A stretch of DNA of 63,897 nucleotides, the filler included, from Hyphochytrium catenoides (lineage: Eukaryota; Protista; Hyphochytriomycota): assembly GCA_900088475.1 (NCBI GenBank). It is 7 parts of 7 records of this genome, joined end to end, with 100 filler letters (N's around TTAATTAATTAA, not from the genome) between each part and the next. Parts side by side here need not be neighbours in the genome. Positions count along the whole stretch, not along the records: positions 44,401 to 63,897 come from FLMG01002767.1; 6 more parts are not named here. One strand, given 5' to 3'. The notes under the pieces are model-generated. The model had not been told where the DNA came from, made no database searches, and saw only the letters and a list, made by a program, of their open reading frames with translations. Each line of letters starts with the position of its first letter. Positions within the stretch are counted from its first letter, which is position 1. Of this stretch, positions 51,588 to 63,897 are shown one piece after another. Made by a program: the position numbers and the translations under genes.

Positions 51588-53482
51588 GAGAGAGAGACAG
51601 CGAGAGACAGGCAAAGAGCGAAGAAAAGCAGAGCGGGACGAAAAAAGAGTTTGAGGACGGCTATCTGAGCTAACAATGGCTGCCAAACTGTGCGTCATTG
51701 TGTGCCAGAGCTCCAAACTGCTGGCCCCATCAGCTGTGGTTTACACTCTTCAAAACGGTGCGAGTCTCAATGCTTCTAGCTAGCAGCTCAATGTCTCTAC
51801 CTTTCCTCTTCCTTCCCCTCAGCCCCATCTAAAGAAGACAAGACTCTAACTTCCACATTAGGGCTTGAAAACGCAGAGATTCTCCAAGAGGTGCTAGGGG
51901 ACAGAGTCTTCGTGTTGCAGGTAGCATACGAGTCACAGGGAGAACTATGTAATGTCTGATCACCTTGACAAACACACAGAGCTGATAGCACTATTAGTTC
52001 TCCCTCTTTCCCTGCGTCGGGCGGACATTATCTCGCTACTGCCTGCCAACGCCTCACAACCGTTGTCCTTACCTCCTACTTGATCTTTCTTATCCCAGGG
52101 CGTGACTTACTTGGGAGGCGTCAGTCTTGGGCCAGGCGATGTTCATGAAGCAGGGATCGGACAGACCATCATCGAGCAAGGAGGGGACAAGGAGAGCGCC
52201 TACAGAGGCGAACTGCTGGCAAGGGCTCTCACCCATGCAGGTACCAAAACTTTTTGCATCTGGCTGCCAAAACGGTAGAGTCGTCAGAAAGGACTGGAGC
52301 AAGAGATACATGAGAAGGATAGCTTCAGCAGGGCAAATACTGAGGAAGAGAGGATATATAGAAACTGGATCACGTACAATGGACGAGGTTCAATCTTAAG
52401 CGCTTGTATCTCATCTTTTAGGGTATCCCTGCACCGCAAGGCCCAGTAGCGACGTTCAGGCTATTCTTTGGGCCAAGCTGCTCGTTAACTGCGCCATTAA
52501 CCCTTTGACGGCGATCCTCAGAGTCCGAAATGGGGTACGGCTGCCGTGCTTCTATCTTTTTCTCGCCAGCGTCTTACTTCGATCCAACATCAGATGTCAC
52601 GCAGGGATTTGGGTAGTCATGCTTCGCAAATTGGTTTTATATGCCAATCTTCCTCAGGTTTCTAAGTCGTCTCTGTCTCCACATGGCTCCACAGCAACTG
52701 GCACTCCCCGGTCCCCACAGCCAAGTTATCAAGGATGTCATAGGAGAGGTCATCGCTGTTGCAGAGGCCCAAGGCATCACTCCCGCGCTTTCGGAGGTAG
52801 GTTCAGCCTTAAACGAAACATCTCACGCTCTAAGGGCATATCTCCCGATTGCGTTTATATCTATTTGGATCCGAGCGAAGCTAGGCCTCTGGCTGCGGTT
52901 ACTCAAGAATCTTGTCGCTGGAAATAACCGCACCATCAGTCTTAGTCTCTAGTATGGGTTTTCTTTGTCATCCGCTTCCTTGTCATGAGTGTATCTACGT
53001 CGCGCTAAGAAGTTGCGAACGCTTACGTCCTCATCTCATCTTTGTTGGGCCATCTGGCAGGATCCGTATGAGTATGTAATGCAAGTGGCGCGAACAACAG
53101 GGAAAAACACCTCTTCCATGCTGAAGGATATACTGGACGGGACGAGGTAAGTGGAATTTGGGGACGACCACTATATAGCTGTCATCTACAGGGACGAGCA
53201 AGCACCTAAACGAGATGAGATTGTGATGGAAGGGGGACTACCGGCCTACTCGCTGGAGGATTGCGTGCATACCAAAGAAAAGTTACGGGCTAAGAGTTTT
53301 CTATGCCTGATTTCTCCTCTGCAAGGACTGAAATAGACGCCATAAATGGCGCAGTGGCTCGATTAGGGGAAGTCAAAGGAGCGGCTACGCCAGTCAATTC
53401 CACTCTTACAGCTCTTGTGCGCTACTTGGAGCAAAACCAAGTCAAGCTTACGGCTGCCCCTTCATCGAAGCTAGACGGTTGA
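50770..53482 (+). CDS. panE: 2-dehydropantoate 2-reductase with a mitochondrial-type presequence, multi-exon
   Basis: GIGAIG, ITVK, LQNG, WAKLLVNCAINPLTA, SSMLKD..TEIDAINGAV. Confidence 0.92.
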
Positions 53483-53578
53483 CAGTCTTTAAGAAACGAC
53501 TAGGACTGTGATCTTAGAGGTGACTGAACAGTAAGGAGGGAAAGGGTCCTTTGGCTGGTGCTGCTGGCGTCACAGGCA

Positions 53579-55460
53579 CTAGAACCAACTTCGTCCTTTC
53601 TTCAGGACCTTCTTCAGCTGCTTCTTCCGCTCTTCCAGCTCTCTGAGCTCTAGAAAAGCATATCGTAACTCGCATCAGCAGTGCTGACATCGTTTACTGA
53701 ACGAGGACAGATATTGAGGCAAAGAAGAGTCCACACGAGAACAAGTCATGATTACAACGGTGAAAAGCAGGATGATCCTACCTTCTTCTATCACGTCCAC
53801 CTCTCGATAACCTCCACTCTTCAGCTCTTCCTTCAACTCTGCCTCTTTGGCCCTAAAAAGAAGAACCTTCGGTAAAGAGAGAGGACAGCAAAGGACAGAC
53901 ACAAGAATGCCAGGTGCCAGAAGCTCTAAGATGCCTCAGGATCGATATTTCGAGGGAAGGTGTATCAAGTCACCATACAAAAAGTACCCAGAAGATAATG
54001 ACAATGACAAGCACTTCAGCAGGTGCGCAGTCCATGCTATGAACATATAGCTCGAGCAGAGAAAGTCCAGGAGGTAGCATGCTAGGGCGGGTACAGGCAC
54101 GTTCAAGAAGCCGATGGGGAGCCTATCTATTGATATGTGAACCTTAAACTGGTAAGCTCCCATTGGGCCTTGGTCTCAGGGGGTATTTGCTTGCTGGGTC
54201 GCACTGGCCTAACCTCTGGCCAGGTGGACATCGCCTACATGATTGAAAATTCAAAGTCATAGAAGTGCGAGAGAAAAGCTAAGAGCAAGACAAAGCAACA
54301 CGCTCGATGAAGGGATAAAGATTGTGCTCTTGTCCGAAGAGATGATAGTAGCTATGAAAACGGGCCATCAGGACAATATGGCTAATCCTCACAAGACAAA
54401 AGCAGATAAGGACGATAGGATATGTAAGCAACTATAAATGATCACGTTCCCTGGCATTGAGGGCGGGCCTACCTTTCTTTCCTCTTCTGTTTCCGCCGCG
54501 ACTACCTCTACGCCTTGTGGAAGCGGGGTCTCGGCAGCAGGAGTTAGAGTCTCTTCTCCCTTTTCGGTCTTCTCAACGCTATCCTCAAACTGAACATCTA
54601 CAATGACCTCGCTCTCCGCCGCACCCTGGGTTGGCGTCGCATCGTCGAGGTCAGAGAGGAATAAAGGGTTGGTGGAGACACAGCTCGCAGGGCGGGCCAA
54701 AGATAATGCCGTCAAGAGAAAACTAAGGGGCAGACGAGGGCATCTTATAGCTCTTGAGGTGAGAACAAGCACAATGCTCTCACTCACCAGCAACTGGATC
54801 GCGTCCTTCAAGGCTGCCGCTGTGGCCTGTGAGCTCACCAAAGCGCGGTAAGTCTTCCCACTGCTGGTCGTGATATGAGCATAGAGATCTGCAAAGGGTA
54901 CGCTGTGAGCATATTAAGCAATGGATGAAGATAAATCTTTGAAACCGCCAATGAAGATATGCATTCACCTACTTTGATCTTTGAATGTGAAGGCCTCTTT
55001 TCCATCCGCATCCAACTCAGGCTGAGGATCATTGAGATCCATATACTGACGGACGAGGTCTACCACCTCTGGATACCTCTCATCAAAGTACTGCTTGAAT
55101 TCTTCGTCATACTTGAGGTTTAGAACGAAGGCTGCGGGAATAGCTGTCCAGGACAACGCCATCGAGGAGTTGAACAACAAGATTACTTGCTGGACATACT
55201 TCAGACAAGGGCTGACTACGTACCTAACGGAGCCAGCGCAGCAAATGCTACCCTCCTGAGCCACCTCCGTCGAGCCTTCTGGGCATTTACCACTGCTGCT
55301 GAATCTAGGGCTTCAGGCAAAGGTACCCTAGGCGCCCCTGGTTCTGCCCTAGGTAATTGTTGTTCGGCAGTGCTTAAACCGCGGCGCGCATACTTCTGAC
55401 AGGAAGAAGGGAAACTCTTTCTCTTCCAGAGAGGAGCAACACCGCCCAGTCTGCGGATCA
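53579..55460 (-). CDS. Hypothetical multi-exon protein, probably mitochondrial, single TM segment, C-terminal coiled coil
   Basis: Arg-rich N-terminus, hydrophobic segment, KYDEEFKQYFDERYP, acidic middle, ends ...KKGRSWF*; GT-AG junctions. Confidence 0.6.
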
Positions 55461-55831
55461 TCTCTCGCTTATGGTTACGGCCCCAGCAGCTGGGCACTGA
55501 GTGTTCCAGACGAGGGAGTGATTGCTTTGTGAGGATCTCGATCAGAAGCTTCAGAATTCGCTGCCAAACAAGGAAAAGGAATGCAGAGGACTCATCTGGC
55601 CCACCCAGAGTTTCATTATAGACTTAAGGGTTTTATGGGATTGATAATATTCCATTTACTTTCATTTATTTGGATATGTTCGGGTACAATGGGTGGGTAT
55701 TATGGGTAGAGGGTTTTCACTGTTGCACCTTCAAGGAGAAGATGCCTGTACTGTCACTAGTTCTACCCTTCAATGAGACGGTGATAGCGATAAGCGGAGG
55801 CTACGAAGGCGATAGAAAATTCCAAGAGCGT

Positions 55832-56833
55832 CTAGAGAGCCAGCTTGCGCATTGCCATGAGGGCAAATAGAAGCGTCATTCCAGTTCCAACGAAAACCAA
55901 AGGTAAAGCTATAGTACAGCCGTTGTCCATCTTGTTAAAGAGTGTCTGGAGGCCAAAGAAGAGTCAGCACACAGGTGGTCGCTGATAAAGGAATATTGTC
56001 ATCCGCTTTTACTTACCGCCAAGGCCACGAACATGTGGAGTAAGCCTACAAATCCAGCTGAGGACAGCATGGCTCTCCGATACTTGACAAAGGCAACGAC
56101 AGAGAGAGCGATCTGCATCACAGAGAAGGCCAGTGCGTTTAAGGCTGAAGAGAAAAGATAGGCGTTAGCTGTGAGCAGCATGGGAATCTGTCAGAGGAAT
56201 CGGGGTATACCTGCGACGACCACTACTGGAAGATTTGTGCATGAATCCTGATAGTGCACTCCGGGAACATTGAGAGTGTTTGCCAAGAGGCTTCCATACA
56301 TAATGGTCGATTGCATGATGGCAAAGCCCACCCCCGCTGCTATGCCGGAGCTCAAATCATTCAATGGCAGCTTCACGTCAGCTGACGTAACCTCTTTGAT
56401 CTTGCGCTCAGCGCCTGTATAGAGTTTGAATAATAGTATTCGGAAGGCTTCCTGTACAACCACGCCGACGGGTACAATGAAGTAAACATTCTCCTGCAGT
56501 GGCGTCGTCAGTCCACTCACTCGAAGCATGAAGCCGATCCTACAATAGTCAAGTGGATCCGTACCTTCAGAGGAGGAATGGCCACCCAGATTACGGAGCA
56601 AGCTAACAATGAGACCAGCCAAATAAATGCACTGTCACAGAAAGGGAGTCATCAGTGGGTTCAGTGACAAGAGGGAGGTTCTCGGGTTTTGATGGCAGCA
56701 TCTCTTACCTCGTGACCGTGATAATCACTAGCTGTGCCCGCTTAGCAATGACGAGGAATAGCATAAATATTACCGGACTGAAGGCGATCAGCAGGCAGCC
56801 AATGAAGAGGGGATAGTCTATAGCTGGAGCCAT
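55832..56833 (-). CDS. APH1: Gamma-secretase subunit APH-1, multi-exon
   Basis: FIGCLLIAFSP, VVVQEAFR, AAGVGFAIM (GxxxG-like), LLHM, GC near the C-terminus. Confidence 0.85.
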
Positions 56834-58022
56834 TTCGGGATAATTGGAATGTCGAATGTAGCCAAGCTGCTTTGGACAATCAAAGGATTACGAGTTCCTT
56901 CCTTCTACGCTTGTGGGAATCCAGAACCGTCAACCCTGATCAGCAAGTCGTTACTCGGTTCGGTGACTTCAAAGGCTAGTAAAACCCGGTCTAGCCATTG
57001 AACTCACAGGGCACTGTCCGGCTTCGTATTGCATCGGGAGATCAAGAGATGTCTGGTTGATCAGGGTAGTCGGATGGGGCAAATCCACGCGGAGTTCAAC
57101 GAGGCTGGGTTGGCGCAGCGCTTCAACTCGAAGCTTTCTGTGTCGTTGTGTCGGGGTTGTGAAGGCTTTCTGCTGCTGGCAGAACTTCAGAGGAGACCTC
57201 TTCCCGCGTCACCTCCCGGGGGAGATCAGGAGTTTGGCACTTCTGGCAGTTCGTTCTTGTCAAATGGAGCAGGGGTGACCCTCGGAGTCTTGGGGTAGAG
57301 TGTCCCCATTAGGATCTTGGACAGCTGCCAATAGGGGGTTTGCACCCCAGGTTGATGGCCCCACCCCTCCTGAAGATGTTGACATTGCTTGTTATTATAT
57401 TAGAAAAATAATTGGCTTCGAACTCTGTCTTTTCAGGACTACAATCCTTCTCTATCTCTCTGTCTCTCTCTCTGTCTCTCTCTCTGTCTCTCTGTCTCTC
57501 TGTCTCTCTCTCTCTCTCTGTCTCTCTCTCACTCACTCTCTCACTCACACTCTTACACACACTTCTCTGACTTTTAACCCTCTTCTCATTTTCTCTCTCC
57601 TTTTTCTGTCTCATCCATACAAGTGCGGGCGTCTAATAACTCTCTTTCCTCTCGTTCTCTCTCTCTCGCTTCTCTCTGTGCCTGAGGACTATCTTTCATA
57701 GAACTCTGTCTCTCTTATCTCCTACAGTCCTCTACAGCTTCCACGCACTTGGTTCTCAAGGGTGTTCCCCTGGCAGACCCACCGCATTCTACTCACAATT
57801 GCCATCATTGTCCATTCTCAACTTGTACGGCCGGCGCTGTGAACGCCTACGACAGAAGAGAAGGGCGGCGGTGCTGTGCTTCCTCCGTCTTCATCGGCGG
57901 TAGATCAAGAGACGATGATGCAGAGAGGAAGAGACCGTCCAATGACGATGAGAGATATGAATAGATTCAGATGAGCTGCCTGTGGATGTGAGGAAGGGTC
58001 CTTCAGCTTGCTTCGGGGCGTG

Positions 58023-59922
58023 ATGGTGAGACACGCCTTAGGATGGGGCCCCAGCCTTGTATGTCTTCTCGTCCTGATACTAGCAACCGTCGGGGCCGAT
58101 GATAATGCCTCTTTCTCTGTCGGTCTCTCCGCTTCTCGAAGAGTGCTGCAGTCCCAAGACAATAAAAACCAGGCAGCGAGCGAGAGTTCGTCAACTGGAA
58201 GTTGGTCCTTCGTCCTGCTACCTGTGCTAGTGGCACTAGAGACAGTCCTATCAGCTGACAATGCAATAGCTTTGGCAGCTATCTCTCGCGGACTGGAAAA
58301 AGCCATTGACCAAAAAAGGGCTTTAGACATAGGTAGGCTGGCGTCCCCTGCTCTGGATAATGAATTCTCCTCGTAGCCGCTCCCTTTCTCCTCTCTTTGT
58401 CTCTCAGTCTGCTTCTCTGTCTGTCTCTCTCTGCCTCTTTCTCCTACAGCGATCGGTCTATGTTCTAGTCTTGCCCTTGCATATCCTTTTTTGGGCGATG
58501 GAACAGCCAAGACTCGCCGTTGTTGCTGTTCTTCTTGCTCGCTCTATTCTTCGAACCTTCTGGGCCTCACAATTGGTCATCGCGCAGGCATTGCCGTAGC
58601 TTTTGTTCTTCGCATACTTCTTATTTATTCAGCTACTTGGGTCATTCATTTCTGGCAAATAGAGCTTCTAGGAGCAGGTAAGAGCCACTTGGTACTAGAG
58701 TCTATGAATGCGCTTTCTGACTGCTTCCCATGGTCTCTTGCTCCGGCTCGTTGTCTAATTATTCTGGCACCAATGCCAAGCCTGATGGCCTACAACAAAG
58801 GGTCTTCGTTCTTACTGCTGCGTATAGAACTGTCACCACACCGTGCTTCCAAGGCTGACCTTATTTTTCTCCTTCACCTTCATCCTCAACAATGTTATAG
58901 CTCCTTTGTCTAATGAAGCTCTTCTACCCTCAGGATACCTGCTCTGGCTCGCATTCGACTATTTTTACAAAAATGCCGGGCATCTTGGTGACGAAGATGG
59001 GATGGAGAGCCGGCGGCAAAAGTTCTCCACAGTGTGGCAGGCCATACCACGTATCGCCGTCACTGACTTAGCCTTCTCTATAGACAGTGTAACCACGGCA
59101 GTTGCGATATCCAAGGACACTTGGATCGTGCTGCTTGGGGGCGCGTTGGGTGTGTTAGCTTTGAGATTCATGGCTGATCTCTTTATTCGATGGACCAAGG
59201 AGTATGTCTATCTTGAAACTGCGGGGTATGTGGCCGTCGCCCTTGTAGGGGCAAGATCTTGCGGTAAGAGCAATCTCGATGGCAAAAGATGTCTCTTCTT
59301 TCTTCCTCTCAGGCTCCTTAGACGGTCTTTCACCTATCCGTCGTTGCTTATAATGTACCGGCATTATATGGCAAGCACCGATTCTGGCTGGTGCTTCATC
59401 TGCTGTCCTAAAGCATAATATCCTTGTTCCCTCTGATGGCCAACTGAACCTCACCCTTTGTACTTTCCATGCTTTCTTTCTTCACTATGATATAGACTAT
59501 CCTTGGGGGTACCGTCTCACGACTCTCTTGCTATTGTAGGAAAGATCCTTCTACCGTCCAGGGTGGTGCCACAATGGCTCCTTATTATGCTGATCGCTGC
59601 AGTATTTGCCTGGGGGTTTTCGAAGAGACAAGTGGCACTTCCCCTAGGAATGGGCACCAGCACGCCGAAGGGGATTATGAACTCAAGACCCTTCACGCCT
59701 TCAAAGCAGCGTTTTGACGGCCACAGGCCTGACAATGTGCCGATACAGCGACCCTCGGTTTCTATTCCACCCGTTCCTACTCTTGCACCCCCTCCCACCA
59801 CATTTCAAGGTTCTGGCGCTCCTCCAGCCTACTGGAGTGTCGTCAATGGTACGGGGAGATTGGGAATGTTGACACCCAGTCGCGCCGTACCCAATTCTAA
59901 CCGCAACTCCTCAGGTTGGTGA
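58023..59922 (+). CDS. TerC/Alx-family membrane protein with a signal peptide and Pro-rich tail
   Basis: LETVLSADNAIALA, LRILLI, GYLLWL, DLAFSIDSV, LRFMA, LETAGY. Confidence 0.9.
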
Positions 59923-60545
59923 GAATCTCAACTACCTAACATACTTTCTTAGCCTTTGGAGTTCTTCCGTCGTGACGGACGTAGTTTATGACCGTTACGC
60001 TGTTCGCATTCACCTCTGCTATCACCGTGTCAGCTATCATCTAATCTTTGTGGACGCCGCTTACACTTTGTCCGACTTGCGCACCCTCACGTGATTTTCT
60101 TAAAAGCCTAGTCTCTACAGCTTCTTAGTGCTAAGCATTTCTGTGAAGATGACTGACGTGATCTCGCTTCTTTCTAAGTGCCCCTCAAGTACTCGTAAGG
60201 ACAAGCAGAGTAACCCGTTGGCCCCTTATTTATTCCCCGATGATAGATGAGATTCATGATAGAGGCGTCACCGAGTCCCGACCATAAAGGGCATCACAGG
60301 CCTTTCTCTCTTGATTAAATCAATTGGGTTTACATGTCTAGAGCATGGTGATCTTGCCCCATCAAATGACATGGCACTGAACACTGCAGTTACCAGCCTT
60401 TTGTAGACAATTCGTATGGTGATTGACAGACCTATGAGCCAAAGTCGGATTCAGACGAGAAAGTTACCTATTTAGGTGTTGCTGGTTGACGAAAAGAAGG
60501 TTAATAAAACACTTACGTGCTGAGCTTGGAGCCTGTGCTCCCGAT

Positions 60546-62105
60546 CTAGCAGACAAGATGCTGCTCGAAAAATGTGAAGACACGACTCCAAGCCTGCTCT
60601 CTCTTAAAAACGGAATACCACCATAGGTTAGATAGGTGAGGTCAATAATAGAGTTCTCATGCCAACCAGTCTTGTCTCACCAATTCGGGAATGGCAGCTG
60701 GGAAGCCCGTGTGGGCCGTGACCCCAGGTTTAATGGTCACGTCCGTCGCCGTTCGGTTCATAAACCCATGTCCAACCCCTGTGCAACAAAGCGTAAGTAC
60801 TAAATTTTAGAAAACGTAGCTGGGACCCTAAGATATATACAGACAGCTACGAACAAAAAGCTGATAATGCTGGCAGGCTGCGAAGGAGCACGCCATAGAA
60901 AGTATAGAAGCTTGAGAGACAGGAAGAGCAGCAAAAATCTTCAAGAAGATTAGCACGGCATCCCTACCTTCATACATATACAGCTCGTGCTCAACACCAC
61001 TTGCAACGAGCTTCTCCTTTAGAGCATGAGCAGCAGCAGGATCTATGAGGATTAGCATGGAGGAAAGGTAAGGCCCCATATTGAGGCGTGGTGTGTGATA
61101 TCAGAAGAAGGAGAGACGACGGCATGACGTTGGATACGCATATTGTCGGAGAGAAAACGATGTGGGGAGGAAGAGGATTGGTGTAAGGGCACGACGAACT
61201 CACAAGGGTTCGACTAAGCTGACAGACCTGAAAAGCCAGCATGCTTGTCTAAGGAGCCGAAGTGAAGCTGTAACGGCTTTTTAATCTTTTCCGGCTGGCA
61301 AACCTGCTCGCCAGGAATGCCATAAAACACAATGGCCGCGTCCACATCTGGGGCATGCTGAGCGGCGCAGAGGCTGAGGGCTCCCCCCATACAGAAGCCA
61401 ATGACGCCAACCTGTGGTTGCATAATATAGACGATCACGTAAAGTTAAGGAGGTGGACTAGATCACGTCTAGAAAACTCTCTGGAAAGGAAGTAGGAGAG
61501 AAAGAGCAGACCATATAGACTGGATGTGAGATAATATAGAGCTCCTGGCAGTGAAAGAGCATCCAGCTAATGCAATGTGTTAGTCAATTACTCATTGCAA
61601 CCTTTTCAACGCCGATTTCCTTGAGGTAGGCAGCTCCCTGCGTCGATAAAAGTTGCGGTGAGTAATGAGAGTTAAGAACCTGTCCTGGAAGAGTCGAACC
61701 GCATTTCACCTGCTTGATCTCGTCAGTGGCTTGAACAAAGTTCAAGTGGCCCATCAGGTGTGACGCTTCCTCAGCATCAACCCCGACCTTGCCTTTCACG
61801 GAAAATAGAGACAAAATATAAGCCTCGCTTGACCAGGTGCTGTGATGTCACTCCACACTCTTATGTGGTGTGGCTTCTTATCGACATTCCTGTTTACTTC
61901 ACCGGCTGAAATGCGGGTGCGCACCTTTATAGAGATCAGGAAGCAGGACTCTGAAGCCCTTGTTAGCGATCAGTGTAGCCTGTTCCTTGATTTCGTCCGT
62001 GATGCCCCACCATTCTTGCACGACGATCACTCCCGCTTTAGCCGCTTGGTCTCCGAATAGAAACCCCGGTAGATTCTTCTGCGCACCGAATTTGATGGCT
62101 TGCAT
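60546..62105 (-). CDS. Dienelactone hydrolase family protein, multi-exon
   Basis: VQEWWG, PDLYKG, GFCMGG, FYGIP, HFGSLD, GHGFMN, AWSRVFTFF. Confidence 0.92.
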
Positions 62106-62845
62106 GGTGATAGCGATGGCAAGAAAGGAGTACTATGTGGGCAGATTGGAGACTGTTGGACCAGAGCAAAAAGCTCCGTCAATGCTATTTGACTATGGTC
62201 TGGAAGGACAGAGGAAAAGTGCAGCACGAAGCACGGAGATCAAAAAATGTCCAGAATTCTGAAGATCTGAAGATCTTTGACGAAGGTCAGAATGATGCGA
62301 TAGTAATACACCCTCTTCCTACAAGGGTAATCTATAGTATTTTGTGTGATTAGTAATAACTTCTCACGGCAGAATCCGTCAAAACCAAACGTTAATTTAG
62401 GCTCTAAGCTATGATACACGTGAGCATGGAAAATAGAGGTCGAAACTTAGCCGGAAGATAAACCTTGGAAATTGGTCTTGCATCCTTTCAATTCACGTTA
62501 TATCCGGCTAAATCCCAAATATAATTGCAATGTCGCATTGTTAATCTCGGGCAAGGGTGTTGGAGAAACGGCATTCGTACGACTTACTCGAGCCAAAACC
62601 TGGCAGAGATCCTCAGACAGACAGGCATCGTCGGAGACCAAAGCTGCTGATCGCATTCTGCATCATCGTCTCTTGCCGTGCGGCCCCACAGTCCCAGGCC
62701 AAGAGCTGCGGAGTCAGTGCGAGGACCGTCTCCAAATAAGGGGATAAGCCAGACAGTAGTGTGAGCATGGGCCTTAAGGGTCTCAGCAGGTTGTGACCAC
62801 TCTATGTAGTTCTGTAAGGTCCGAGCCCCAACAGTTTTCCAAGCC

Positions 62846-63897
62846 ATGGCAGCAAGACAGCTTCGGCTGCGGTTCGCCGAGAAGCAAGGCTTAATCTACT
62901 TCAAGAAGGTAAAGATTGGCTTTGCTCCTGGCTTGCTCTAGTATTCTTAACTGACGCTCCGTCGCTACCTTCAGCTTGGTCGAGGAGGGTGGAAGAGGGG
63001 CTTGGCGTCATTATCATGGCCCCCAATGAACCCTCACCAGGGTGACTCCATTGACTTCCCAGTAATTATTACGGGTGCCGGACCTGTGGGATTGTCTCTG
63101 TCGATTCTTCTTTCCAAGGCCGGGATACCTTCTTTGACGGTTGAACGACAGAGCACTTGTACTGCTCATCCGCAGGTAGGGCAGAAAGGTGGGAGAGCCT
63201 ATCTATCTTACCATCTTCTTTCTGTCTGGGATGGCCCTATGCTATCCCTGGAAAGATGTCACTTTCTCCATCCCCACCCCCACCCCCTTCCAGATGAGCC
63301 CTCTGGTCTGGCTCTCTTCTCTTCTCTTCGCCATTCTGGAGTAGCAGTCCGCTAGATCAACTCTAACAGTAGCTTCTAGGCCCATTTTATCAACACTAGG
63401 ACTATGGAAATTTTCAGGTCTTACATGGCAGGCTTCGACGCCAAAGTGGCAGAACGGTGTCCTCCTCTGAATGAGGTAGCAGAGACTAAAACCTGCGCTA
63501 TGCTTGACCCTTACCTCTCTCCTCTTTGCCACTACTCACCTCTTTCCTTTGCTCTGTCCCTCTTCGATATAACTCAATAGTGGTCCGATTTCTCCTACTG
63601 CACCTCGGTCTTGGGAAGAGAGTTCGCGCGTAGGAAGCACTTTGGAGAAGGTAGTCGCTTCTGAGTAGGATGATGAGCAGAGTGTGTCACCTAACAGTTG
63701 CAGATACTCCTTGTGTCAACGTACCACGAGCATCTTTCCCTTGTATCTTTTCCTTCTAAGAGCATTCTCTATCGCGCATGGCTCTGTTATTCTCAATGTA
63801 GAGGCTGACTTTTCCTGTCGCTTCGTTGTCTGCTTCAGACCTTGGACATGCGGTTTCGTTATTTCGGAAAATGAGTCCAAGCTTTGTCGGACATCTT
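62846..63897 (+). CDS. FAD-dependent monooxygenase (PheA/TfdB-like), runs off the window
   Basis: GAGPVGL..ER..HPQAHFINTRTMEIFR; exon 1 (62846-62908) splices in frame to 62975. Confidence 0.88.

Noticed and set aside
57029-57420. Short ORFs between APH1 and TerC
   Set aside because: No recognisable motif; cannot support a gene or ncRNA call.

Overview
This is eukaryotic nuclear DNA with short GT-AG introns. The gene set suggests a stramenopile alga or other protist, but that is not certain. The window has three domains separated by assembly gaps. (1) 1-30.8 kb is a gene-free nest of decayed transposons: Ty1/copia remnants, many LTRs of three families, two Harbinger/ISL2EU-type elements, hairpin-ended TA-flanked non-autonomous elements and two families of miniature LTR retroelements (TRIMs). 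(2) 30.9-44.3 kb is (AG/CT)n-rich, gappy, low-complexity DNA. (3) 44.4-63.9 kb is gene-dense: PIG-B, an ABHD12-like hydrolase, ketopantoate reductase, an unknown mitochondrial-like protein, APH-1, TerC, dienelactone hydrolase and an FAD monooxygenase. The main result concerns the TRIMs. Both families carry a tRNA-like unit inside the LTR, and each family's primer-binding site is complementary to the 3' end (plus CCA) of its own tRNA-like RNA. The PBS and acceptor stem co-vary between the two families, which suggests retroelements that encode their own private primer tRNA. All calls come from reading by eye, and boundaries of degenerate elements are approximate.
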